DNA of 64,000 nucleotides, taken from contig OZ024747.1 of assembly GCA_964016885.1 (NCBI GenBank), positions 56,792,001 through 56,856,000 on the forward strand. The letters run 5' to 3'. Positions 39,874 to 52,379 of the stretch are shown piece by piece (the first letter of the stretch is position 1; each line of letters begins with the position of its first letter). The translations under genes were made by a program, and so were the position numbers. The stretch is from Eledone cirrhosa. Its lineage: Eukaryota. Below the pieces are notes generated by a model that did not search any database, had not been told where the DNA came from, and was given only the letters and a program-made list of their open reading frames with translations.

Positions 39874-41023
39874 ATATATATATATATATATATATACAAC
39901 AGTGGTTCTTCAAAGTCTGACACAGCGGGATAGAACTAAAGATTACATGGCTGCAAAGAAAATATCTTAACCACACAGCCTTGACTGTATATATGTATAA
40001 TATAAAATATTCAGAAAGACATCAATATATAGGTTCATAAAATATCGAGATTTGATTAGGTGCAGAAAATATTTGAAAATAAGCAATTCTTGTTGATGAA
40101 GTCTTAGCTTTGTTGAATATATGAATGTTTATGTAATATAACTTTCTTGGGGAATGGTGCCTCCTTTATTTAGGAAATAATATTTGCTAGCCAGGTGATA
40201 GTTGAAAATGTTCACATATGGTATGGAAGATATGAATATATCATATGTTTTTGTACATGATGACTTGTACATGATGAATAGATGGAAATGTGACATCTTT
40301 CCTAATACATTTTCTGGCAATCAAATCTTAGTGAACTGTTTTTGTTAGTATATTGATTATTTTAACAAATAGAAACATGAAACTTAATTCAAAAAGCTTT
40401 AGCTGCTAATAATAAACCTACACGCTTATGCATATATATATATATATATATATCACATAAGAAACGGAGAATCAGTGGTGCGACGAATTAAAATTTATTA
40501 AACATATTACAATCGTTTCTCTGGCGACCAGCTCGAGGCACGATCGATGCAATGATCGAACCTGACTCTGAAATCGCAAGATAACTGCCACTTGTTTCAT
40601 CATCATCATCATCATCATTTAATGTCCATGTTTTCATGCTGGCATGGGTTAGACAAGTTATCCTGTTGTGAGAAATGTCAAGTTAGGTGACCATATGTGT
40701 GTGTATGCAAAAAGTAAATGGAAAAAAAAACAAAGTACAATGAAGATATATTTTAGTTTCACTCTCGATATTGTAGAAAAGTTTTAACGTTTTGGATGCT
40801 AGTCCTTCATCAGAAAATAGAATGAGAAATTAAAGAAGAAATAAAAAGATAAAGGTGAGGGAGCAGGGGTAGAAATGAAAAAGAATTTCATGAGAAAAAT
40901 ATCATTAGCATCAGCAACATGTGAGAATGGAAAAATGGATCTAAAATGATGTGATGCTAATGATATTTTTCTCAAAGAAATTTCTTTTTCATTTCTACCC
41001 TTGCTCTCTCTCACCTCTATCTT

Positions 41024-41079
<56 letters not shown>

Positions 41080-41269
41080 CATATATATGTGTTGTATTAT
41101 TTTGTACCAAATCAAAGGCTTTTATTCAATCTAAGAATAATATAGAAAGAGTCAATAAGAGAAGAAATTAGTATGGGTTAACAATGCAACAAACAAGAAC
41201 AGAACGAATACAACGAATAAGAATAAAAAGGAATCAAATCAAAGAAAAAAAGTGATGCTATAAAACAAA

Positions 41270-42532
41270 GCAGAAAACTAGGTGTTGATGAATGGCTTGT
41301 GAGAGCTATACAAGCCATGTATAAAGAAACAGTCAGCAAGGTTAGAATTAACAACGATTATAGTGAAGAGTTTAGCGTAAAAGTTGGTGTTCATCAGGGC
41401 TCCGTCCTTAGCCCCCTACTATTTATTATTGCCCTTCAGGCTATAACAGAGGAGTTCAAGACCGGCTGCCCATGGGAACTCCTATATGCAGATGATCTAA
41501 CGCTCATAGCTGAATCAATGGCTGAACTAGAGAAGAAATTCCAAACATGGAAGCATGGCCTAGAATCAAAAGGCCTTAAAGTTAAATTGTCTAAGACTAA
41601 AGTTCTAGTTTGTAGGAAGAAATTAGGGCACCGGTCCCATCTGGGAAATGGCCATGCTCAGTGTGTAGGAAAGGAGTAGGTAGAAACTCAATTTTATGTC
41701 CCAAATGCAAAGTATGGGTGCATAAAAGATGTAGTGGGATCACAGGTAAGCTAACTAAGAATATAGATTTTATATGTGGCCGGTGCTCTGGTGCAATAAG
41801 TAGCAGCAAGTGCCCACAGAATACTAACTCATTCCATTGCACAGATGGTTCTATAGAAATAGTGGACAGCTTCCGTTACCTGGGTGACAAAATCAGCAGT
41901 GGGGGAGGGTGCTCTGAAAGTACAGTAGCTAGAGTCAGAACGGGATGGAAAAAGTTCAGAGAGCTTATACCACTATTGGCCGCTAAAGGGTTCTCTCTAA
42001 AAATGAAAGGCAGGCTGTATGATGCCTGCAGACGAACAGCAATGTTACATGACAGTGAGACCTGGGCATTGTGTGCAGAGGATATACGCAGACTGGAGAG
42101 AAACGAAGCTTGCATGCTCCGCTGGATGTGTAATAGTAATATACGTGAACGGCAAAGCATAAACGAACTAAGGGAGAAATTAGGAATAAGAGGGATCAGA
42201 TGTTGTTTACTCGAGAGAAGACTACGTTGGTATGGTCACGTGATGTGCATGAAAGACGACAGCTGTATAAAAAAAGTGCAGGGCAATAAAAATAGACGGT
42301 AGCCACGGAGTAGGCAGACCCAAAAAAACCTGGGACGACTTGATAAATTCCGACCTCACACACTTACACCTCTCCAAGACAATGTCACTGGACCGAAGGC
42401 ATCCAGCCGTAGAAAACCCGGCAGACAGTCCTATACGAGGAGGACAACCAATCTTGCCTCAGGTGGGAAAATTCCCGTCCAAATCCATGCAAGCGTGGAA
42501 GATGGACATTAAACGATGATGATGATGATGAT
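41270..42532 (+). mobile_element. 5'-truncated RTE LINE inserted into the 3' LTR
   Basis: GVHQGSVLSPLLF, LLYADD, PHD-like Cys cluster, FRYLG, RRLRWYGHV. Frameshifted, with a (GAT)n tail. Confidence 0.9.
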
Positions 42533-42565
42533 AAAATCACATCATCACATTCTTTCCCTCTAGCG

Positions 42566-43476
42566 TTAATCGTTGTATCGCATTGGCCTCACTACTAAGC
42601 GTCCTCGGTGTGTTCTTTTTTGTTGGGGTGTGTTATCCGAGGTTAAGAATGTGTAAGAAGATTCATCATCGTCGAATTCAGCACTCTCTGTAGGATTGTC
42701 ATCGGTGGTAGATGTCATACTTTCGTTCCCAACTGCCTCAGGGGTAGATATTGCTGTTGGTTGAGTTAAATTGGTGCCTTTTGGGGAGTTATTATTCTGA
42801 CACTCAGATGTTGTTGAATTTCCATTGTTTTGTGGTGATGCTGCTGGTGCGAGATTTGTAGTTGAGACTGTGTTTATTCTTCCATTATTAAATTGTACCT
42901 TGGCAAAGTGAGATGAGATCGTCTCGATGAGTTGAACGTTTTCCGTGAGATCATCACCTTTATTCCTTATGTGACGTCGATGTAGCACGATTGTGCCCAG
43001 TTTATTTAGAAACTCTGGTATTTCTGTGGCGTTGTTTGTCGATCTGGTGAATGAAAATACTCCTTCATGTGGTGTGGCGTTTGTAGCAGTGCAAAGCAAT
43101 CCTCGGATAGAGGACAGAGCGATTGGAATCATGTTACTCCATTTTTATTGAGATTATTTGTCTTCAATGCCAGACTTATCGCTTTGCATATTGTGCCGTT
43201 AACTCTTTCGCATTGGCCGTTGGCTTGGGCTCGATATGGCGTGGTGTGGCTTTTTATAATGTTATTACTCCATAAGAAATCTTTGAGTTTTTGTGATTCA
43301 AATTGACGTCCCCTATCCATATGAATCGAACTGGATTTTCCAAATATAAAGAATATCTCCAATAAATGTTTAATTACTATGTCCGTTGTTATCTCTTTAC
43401 AGGGAATGGCAAATGGAAAACGTGAGTACTCGTCAACTATAGTCAATATAAATCGAAAACCGTTTGAGATAGCCAT
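42566..43476 (-). pseudogene. Retroviral-type (rve) integrase core and C-terminus, frameshifted
   Basis: ILTIVDEYSRFPFA...IHMDRGRQFES...TTPYRAQANGQCERVN provides the second D and the E of D,D35E. It continues after a frameshift as ...ALSSIRGLLCTATNATPHE. Confidence 0.85.
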
Positions 43477-44379
43477 GGGACAAAGTCCATTGATAGTCTT
43501 AGTCTTTCCCAGGTTCTTGTGGCATGTATTAATCTTCCTTTGGGTGGTTTATAGAATTGTGGTTTACATTCATGGTATATTTTGTAATTGGCGATAACTT
43601 CTCTTCTTCCATTAGAAATTAATTTGTTTCATGTCCGACTGAAAGACTCTGGAGTTTTTACCTGTCTTGGGTTTAATTAATGAGGAATTTTGAGAATGAA
43701 TAAAATTGTTGTATTATTTTGTACCAAATCAAAGGCTTTTATTCAATCTAAGAATAATATAGAAAGAGACAATAAGAGAAGAAATGCAACAAACAAGTAC
43801 AGAACGAATACAACAAATAAGAATAAAAAGGAATCAAATCAAAGAGACAAAAGTGATGCTATAAAACAAATCATATCATCACAATATATATATATATATA
43901 CACACATGTACATACACATAAATACACGTAATTTTACAAACACAGATATGTACTCATATATGAAATTGGAACACATTGAGTTGTAATGGAAAGTTCTCTC
44001 CAATGGGGCTATGGCATATAACTATATCTACTCTACAAGTCAATATACATTGAGTATTACCTTGATTTGTGGTCTTCCTGGTCTTCAAACTGAGAATACT
44101 TCACATATACTCCCAGCTGACTATTTCAGACATGATTTCAAACACACATATAGATTAAAAATCTCTGAATGGAATGAATTAATGGAAAATGCTTTGCTTA
44201 CAAAGGTCAGTGAGAAGAATTATCCTGCTACCTGCAGTGGCACACCCTGAGATGGATGTAGAGGCCAATCTTGGACCTATGGGTTCTGCTCAGTTAATGG
44301 TTGGGTGGCGGCAGCCTTCTTTGATGTTTATCTTCAGCTGCTGCCTTCCTGCCCTGCAACTGTTTTGATGGTCACTCTC

Positions 44380-44580
44380 CATTTCTTTCTGTCTTCTGCC
44401 AGGTGATTCCATTGCCTTGGATCAGTTGGCAGTTGAGTTGATCCTTGAAGCGTTTTTGGGGGGGCCCTTGCTTTTGATTGCCTTGACATAGTTCGGTGAA
44501 GAAAACTGCCTTTGTCATCCTAGAGTCGTTCATGCATGAGACATGGCCTGCCCAGAAAAGCTATCTCATCATCAGCATGC
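44380..44580 (-). pseudogene. RTE (BovB-like) LINE C-terminal remnant
   Basis: Translates WAGHVSCMNDSRMTKAVFFTELCQGNQKQGPPQKRFKDQL. Confidence 0.65.
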
Positions 44581-45757
44581 TTTCAGAATCTATACTAAAG
44601 CAGTGTATATTTATCAATATATAAATACACACATACACTTACATAGGTTCATACACACACATACTCATAGGTAGTTATTTATGTGTATATTTTCAAATGC
44701 ACACATACATTTGTAAACTATCTGTACACAATAATATATATCTATATATAAACAGATACATACACAAACCTATTGACAAAAGTTCAGATACACACACATA
44801 CATATCTAAGTATAATTATATGTTCATATATATACACACATGTATATATATATCCAAAATCTATCTGTACACAATAACATCTATATATAGACACATACAT
44901 ACACAAACATATTTACAGATATACAAACTCATATGCAGATACATTCATAATCTATAGAAGTATATAGTTGTATATCAAAACACACACATATATATACATA
45001 TGTAGCGATTATCATATATAATTTTACACACATGTATACATTCAAAATCTATCTATACACAATAATGTAATGATACATGTCTAAATATAAACACATACAT
45101 ACACAAGTCCAGATACACATACTTAAACACATTCAGCTACATGCATATTTTCAAACAAACACATATATATACGTTCAAAATCTATCTATACATACACAAT
45201 AACACGTATAAGCATGCCTAAAGAATCCATTATAAAGTCACCTTTCCCTGTGATTCAATTTCTGAAGATTCTTTGAATTAACAGAACAGAAGAGAATTCT
45301 TTGTGGCACCAATAATTACCAAGAAAGATAATCATTAAAAATGTATATTTTACTTCCAATTTTCTATATCAACCTCCTAGAATTCTTCTGGTTATGCTAA
45401 TTTTTCTTAGCGAAAACACCACCTGTCTTTTTAAGGTGTATATTATTTTGGTGAATGCTATCATGAGATGGAATATTTTCCTTCATATGAGAACTTCAAC
45501 TGAGTTTTCTCCAAGATCTTATAAAAATATATATATATATCCAGACAGTATATATACATCAAAATACTTTAATGGAATTGGAAGATTTTTCAGCTTGAAG
45601 TATTTGCCTCACCAGAGAGGTGGATATGTCATGTGATACAGAATATGATACACCCCCCCCCCCCATACTCCCCACTCCCCCAATCTACTATCTCCTTCCC
45701 CTTGCAAATGGATGACAATTCAATTGCTGCACAAGAATGTAATTTTATTGTCAGATG

Positions 45758-45774
45758 AGCTGCTGCTGCTGCTG

Positions 45775-45839
<65 letters not shown>

Positions 45840-46984
45840 GGTGGTGGTGGTTGTTATAGTAGTGGTGGTGGTGGTGTGATTGTTGTTGTTGGTGGTAGTG
45901 TGGCATTGTAGTGGTTGTTGTTGTTTGATGTTCTTGTTTGTTGTTGTAGTGGTGGTGGTGGTGGTGGTGGTGGTGGTGGTGGTGGTTGTGATAGTAGTGG
46001 TGATCATGGTGGTGGTGGTGGTGGTGGTTGTGATAGTAGTGGTGATAATGGTGGTGGTGGTGGTTGTGGTGGTGGTTGTGATAGTAGTGGTGATCATGGT
46101 GGTGGTGGTGGTGGTGGTTGTGATAGTAGTGGTGATAATGGTGGTGGTGGTGGTTGTGGTGGTGGTTGTGATAGTAGTGGTGATCATGGTGGTGGTGGTG
46201 ATGGTGGTTGTGATAGTAGTGATGATCATGGTGGTGGTGGTGATGGTGGTTGTGATAGTAGTGATGATCATGGTGGTGGTGGTGGTGGTGGTATGGTTGT
46301 AATAGCAGTGGCGATCATTGTGGTGGTGGTGGTGGTATGGTTGTGATAGCAGTGGTGATGTTCCTAGTGGTGGTGGTGGTGGCATTGTTGTAGTTGTTGT
46401 TGTTTAGTGGTGCGATTGTTGTTGTGGTTGTGGTAGTTGGTGGTGGTGGTGGTGGTGGTGGCATTGTAGTGGTTGTTATTGTTTGATGTTCTTGTTGTTG
46501 TTGTGGTGTGATTGTTGTTGTGGTAGTTGTTGGTGGTGGTGGTGGTGGCATTGTAGTGGTTGTTATTGTTTGATGTTCTTGTTTTTGTTGTGGTGTGATT
46601 GTTGTTGTTGTGGTTGTTGTGGTGGTGTGATTGTTGTTGTTGTGGTTGTTGTAATGGTGCTGGTATGTTGGTGTTGTTTTTATTCTCTGTTAGTTTTCTT
46701 AGTTGTAATTTTTTTTTCTTCATCATCACCACCACTATCATTAATATTATCATCATCATCATCATCATCTTCAGTGTTGTTATTACAACCACTAACTCCA
46801 TCACCATCCTCTTCTTCCTACCCCCACCCCCTCCTCTAGTCTCAAACCATTATTATTGCTATTATTATATATCATATACATACATGCAGTATACAAACAA
46901 ATACACATATATATACACACAAGAACATACATACCATTTTTCTATTAACAATATTATTAATGATATTACTGTTTATTGTTATCT

Positions 46985-47031
<47 letters not shown>

Positions 47032-47115
47032 GGTGGTGGTGATGGTGGTGCTGGTAGCATCGGCATCAGCAGCAGCATCAGCATCAGCAGCAGTAGCAAC
47101 AGTAGCAGCAGCAGC

Positions 47116-47161
<46 letters not shown>

Positions 47162-47162
47162 T
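45758..47162. repeat. Compound (GGT)/(GTT)/(CTG)/(AGT) trinucleotide region
   Basis: Directly visible, with higher-order units such as gttgtgatagtagtggtgatcatg. Confidence 0.9.
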
Positions 47163-47275
47163 TCTAGATTTTCCTCTTTACATATTATCACCTAGCTACA
47201 TTATAAAGAAATGTAATTTCTCAATCTTTTGACATCCACAGATTTATTTCTATGGCAATATTCACACAGACACAC

Positions 47276-47354
<79 letters not shown>

Positions 47355-47419
47355 CGTACGTACATACATACATACATACATTTCTGTATGTATGTATGAA
47401 TCTCTAGAGATGACATTTG

Positions 47420-48465
47420 GATAGGAGAGCTTGTACCCCCTGTTATTAGTGACTGCTTATGGTTTCCAGACCACTAGAGGGGACTCAGCCTCAGGGGTTG
47501 CACGATGGCAATAGCCAGCAAATCTTACTCTCCTTTTGCGTACAATGTCAGATATGCGTGGAAGGCCGGCAGATATTTCTTTCAAAGTCAGATGTCGCTT
47601 ATGATCCAAATGCGTCGAAGTAGGTGAGTGTAGCTGCCATCAAGATGCTTTTGTTGTTTGGATGAAAACATCCATCTTTCACTTCCATATAGTAAAATTG
47701 GTTGAATTGTTACTTGGAAGAGTCTGATTTTGGTGTGTTTGGAAAGATTTGACCTCCAAACTCGATCCATCTTGTTGCAAGCTGACCATGTTTGAGCCTT
47801 CCTGATGGCATAATCCTTCCCAGAATCCATGATCCCAGACCCCAAATACTTAAAATCCTCGACTTGCTTGAATTAACTGCCATTGATTGTTTTGATGTTG
47901 TTGCCTGTACAGTTTGATATCTACTGTTTTACCCTCATTGAGATGTAGGCCAACAAGGGTGGCTGCTTCCTGGAGAGATCTCAAAAGTTGTCGCATTTTC
48001 TAGGCAATCTGCAAGAAGTATAATGTCATCCACAAAGTCAAGGTCAGTGAGATGTTTGGAGGGATGCCTAGAGCTCATGCGGGGTTTGATGGTTATACCT
48101 TTGTTATTGATTTTGTCAGAACGTAGTCTAGTGCAATGATAAAGAGAAATGGGGTAAGAGTGTCACCCTGCAGCACTCCTGATGAGATGTAAAATAATTC
48201 TGTTAGGTAATCAGTGGTGATGATAGGGGCACTTGTGTTGAGATTCAGAGCCTTAATTGCTTCCACATATCTTGCTGGGATGCCATACAAGGGTAGAATT
48301 TCAAACAGAATGTCTCTGTTTATGCTGTCAAAAGCTTTTCTAAAGTCAACAAAAACTAAAGCCATTTGTCTGTTGGAGTTTCTTGTCTCTTCCACTACTC
48401 TTCTCAAGGCCCAAGTCTGTGCAAGTGTAGATCTACCATGCCTAAACCCATTTTGGTTGATGCAA
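47420..48465 (-). pseudogene. Decayed RTE-X-like LINE RT fragment
   Basis: VFVDFRKAFDSIN, GVLQGDTLTPFLF and ILLYGSE, with frameshifts. Confidence 0.85.
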
Positions 48466-48869
48466 AGGATTAACCAAAAAGACTTACCTAAAAATCTTCC
48501 ACCTTAATTTTATGTAAAAAACTTGTTGTTTTGTTCCAAACACCAGCTTAGTAATGAGAAAATTAGTTATATTACTAAATCCCTGCAAAGAGTTGATTAT
48601 TTTCAAACGATGATGATGATGATGAGGATGATGATGATGGTGATGATGATGAATATTTGAAAATCATAGGCTGTGGTTGTTTATTAGAAATATTGTAATG
48701 AAAAGTTAACCTGTCAGTATTTTGTTTCTACTGTTGAAAGTTCAAAATGAATCATAGAAACATATTAAGTCTTTTATATGATTATATAGGAATACCATCA
48801 CTGAAAGATAGTTATTTTCTTAGGGAAGCTACTCATCTTGCTTTTTACATGTTTTAATGATGTTTCTAT

Positions 48870-49215
48870 TGTTTTTGGCACCCATGGAAATGCTTACAAA
48901 ATCAGAAAATAGTACAGCTCTCATGACTTTTGGAAACATTTACTCATGAACAGAGTTGCTGCAGCATGGAACAAACTAGCTGCATCAGGTGTTAGATGTC
49001 AGGATACTGCATCCTTCAAAACTTCCGAGCTTCCCGAAATTTGCCAACACTACACCTGATATTTCCCATCCACACACACATGTGTGTGTGTTTGTTTGTG
49101 TGTATATATTGACTCATATACTGTTCACTTTCCTGACTTTTATACATTATTCTATGTATTATACATGCACCTTTGATGAGATGTAGTGCACCTGAGCACT
49201 GTACACAATAATTTT
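48870..49215 (+). mobile_element. CR1-like LINE 3' end remnant
   Basis: RVAAAWNKL-type motif and tail gtgcacctgagcactgtacacaataat. Minus copy at ~59002-59350 and tail-only copy at ~9773-9805. Confidence 0.55.
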
Positions 49216-49225
49216 TATAATCATA

Positions 49226-49855
49226 CTAGCATAATGGCCCGGCGCTGCTCGGGATTCTAAACGTGAAATAAATATATTTGTTTATATTTTGTTATTGTGT
49301 ATGCAAAAATATCTGTACACGAATATATAATTATATATATATATATATATATTAAAATAACAGATTAAAGTTTAAGCGAAGAATCGTTGCTTTCACCGTT
49401 AACGGGATCTTCTGAAACTAAAAAAATCAATCTGTGAACGCAGAAGTAAATATTTCGAAAAACGTTACACACTATATATATAATATACACACACTATGTA
49501 TATACATATATACGCACACACACACACACACAGATAGTGAAGAATGTCGTAATGCATACAGACAGATATTATAAGGGCTCGACATTATAGCTACGTATCT
49601 ATCTAAAAAAACAGACTAAGAAAGATAGAGAGATCGCTAAACGGCGCCTAATGCGGTCTCTAGGGCATTGGAAATTTGAAATATTTTTTTGCTCAAAACA
49701 CTCACACGACCATAAGTATTACATGTGTAAAGTTTGAAAAAAATCGGTTGGGTGGTTCTCGAGTTTTAGCGAGTCAGACAGATATTCTCTGTTTTGTCAG
49801 ACAGATATTCTCTGTTTTGTCAGACAGATATTCTCTGTTTTAGACATGTAGATAA
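49226..49855 (+). mobile_element. Helentron/HINE (DINE-1-like) non-autonomous element candidate
   Basis: 5' actagc...cccggcgctgctcggg and 3' aagtttgaaaaaaatcggttgggtggttctcgagttttagcg...cagacaga...tagat resemble HINE termini (recalled). It carries a nested HHR fragment. Confidence 0.5.
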
Positions 49856-50006
49856 GATGCAACCAGCAGATTATATCAACAATGAAAAGACCAATAAAAA
49901 CATATTTTCTTGATCTGATATGACAATCAGCTCCTTTAATTTCCTATTGTTGATGCTGTTGTTTAGCCTCAAATCAACTCTGACCCATGAAGCCTATGAT
50001 CACAGA

Positions 50007-50289
50007 CAGGGCCAGATTTAATGTGTACAAAGAGGGAAATTACCCTATGCCCCCTGTAGTGGGGAGGCCTACCAGTCACAGCCGTAGCAATTTATTTGTG
50101 CCCTCAGCTGTGATTTTTAGTTTTAGGATGGTTAGAATTTTTGAATTTCATACCTGTATGTATAACTTTTCAGTTCCAATTACTTGCACCAAACTTACTT
50201 TGATATATAAAATTGGAGGGTTTGCTGTGTATTCTAATTTTTTGTGTATGAGGTGCCACCCTCCCCCACAAGATCTAAATCCAACCCTG
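50007..50289. mobile_element. hAT MITE with perfect 8-bp TSD
   Basis: TIRs cagggccagattta / taaatccaaccctg, with ATCACAGA on both flanks. Confidence 0.9.
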
Positions 50290-51557
50290 ATCACAGATAT
50301 TCCAACCAATATCTTTTTATTGGTACTTAGGAATACATTCCAATATTACCTTTTATTTATTGTTTAACCCTTTTGGCACCAAGCCGCCTTAATTGTTTTA
50401 AGATTAGATGGAGGGATGTTTAATATGTTAGTGTAATTCTATGACTTTCTTACTTGGCATATATTTGGGATGGGTTGAGCCAGCTCCAACTAGAGAACCT
50501 ACAGAATCATAAACAGTGATTAACCATGTTTAATAATTGTTTCTACTTTTGGCACAAGGCCAGCAATTATCCCAGTGCATTACTGGTACTTTATTTTATA
50601 AACCCCGTAAGGAGGAAAGGCAAAGTTAACATCGGTGGGATTTGATTTCAGAATGGCAAGGGCCGTAACTCTATGCATCAAAGCATGGAATCTGACCCTC
50701 TACCAATACCAGCATGGAGTTTATCAACCAGTTGTGATTCCAGAATGTAGGAGTGGATGGTCATGGCTGAAATCCCTTTGAGACATACTGTATCGTGTTG
50801 AATTTTCCTGATAATTTATTATAGATTCAAATGCCTAAAGAATGCTCGGCTACTTGGGTATTAATTTCACAACTGAATTGATTATGGTAGAGCTAACACA
50901 TGGCACTAGCTCTGCTAGTTGAAGTTGACAGAATCATCTAAAAACTCTTGACAGTAGTGCTCCAGTCTGGCCATAATCCTATGAAAGAAACCATTAAAAA
51001 AAAAAGAACCCGAAAGAAGAAAATGGTTTTGGTATATTTGATCACATATGAATATAAAATTCGTTTGTGTTTGTTAGTTTTCTGGAACGCAAATGTATAT
51101 TTGTTTATTAATATAAATACGTGTTTATGTCTTTCAAGATGATTATTAATTTCATAGCTGCATAAACGTGAGTATATTTGTGTTCCTTATACAAGTGAAT
51201 GATGGAAATTGTGTATCAAATATCCTGTGTTTAGAACTTACAATATTGTGTATTTACTCTAAAATAAAACAACAAAAACAACCATCCACAGAAATCTCGA
51301 TTTTCAAATAATCGTATGATTATTATCTGCTTCTGCCATTTGGAGAGCTAAAGAAAACACATCTCGTTATCATCATTGCGACTGATAGTTATATGTATAT
51401 ATCTGTGTATGTATGAATGTATATCTATTTATTTATATATTTATGTATTCATACACACACACCCACACCATACATATACATATATATATATATATATATA
51501 ATCATTATATTTTTTAAGAAGAACATAAAAATGGTGATATGTATATATATATATATC

Positions 51558-51611
<54 letters not shown>

Positions 51612-52056
51612 TATTTATCATCATCATTATATTTTTTAAGCGTATGTAAAAGCGGTGATGGCGTGTGTGTGTGTGTGTGTGTGTCTGTGTGTGTGTGTAT
51701 ATAATGGTGGGTGCATATCAATTTTTTCTATCTATCTATCTATCAGTCAGTATGCGTACATATGAAATATTAAACATTATATGTTTGTAAACACCAATTT
51801 CAAGATGAATAAATAATAAATAGAAGCCACACCAAATTCAAACTAAATATATATTTCTTGGTGAGCAATCATCTAAATGGACAATCATTTAACACCACTC
51901 CATTTTACATACATATAAACATATACAAATACACATGTGGACACATATGATCATTTTTTTTTTCATTTGGAGAAGGTAAATAATTGTAAACAATTATTCA
52001 TATAAATACATGTGGATGTGTGTGTGTATTTACATGTATATACATACATACATACA

Positions 52057-52107
<51 letters not shown>

Positions 52108-52379
52108 ATATTTTTATATAAATAGTCATATATACATATATATATGTGTCTATATATATATACACACGCACACAAACACACACACACATACATATATGTT
52201 AGATTATATTGGAGTTTATCAATATATATCCTGATGAAGATTATAGAAGCTTGATGCTACTCTTATAACATAAGTTATCCATTGTTATTATATTTTATAT
52301 ATATATATTTTTTTTTAATGACCATGCTGTTAAATAGAGGGGTAGAGAGGGCCATTGTGTCTAGTAAGACATTCTCTCT

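Larger units (their letters stand above)
41090..43883 (-). mobile_element. Internally deleted Gypsy-like LTR retrotransposon
   Basis: 5' LTR 43707-43883 (TG...CA). The 3' LTR is split into 41090-41269 and ~42533-42549. PPT gagggaaagaa lies directly upstream of the 3' LTR. An integrase remnant sits between the LTRs. Confidence 0.85.
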
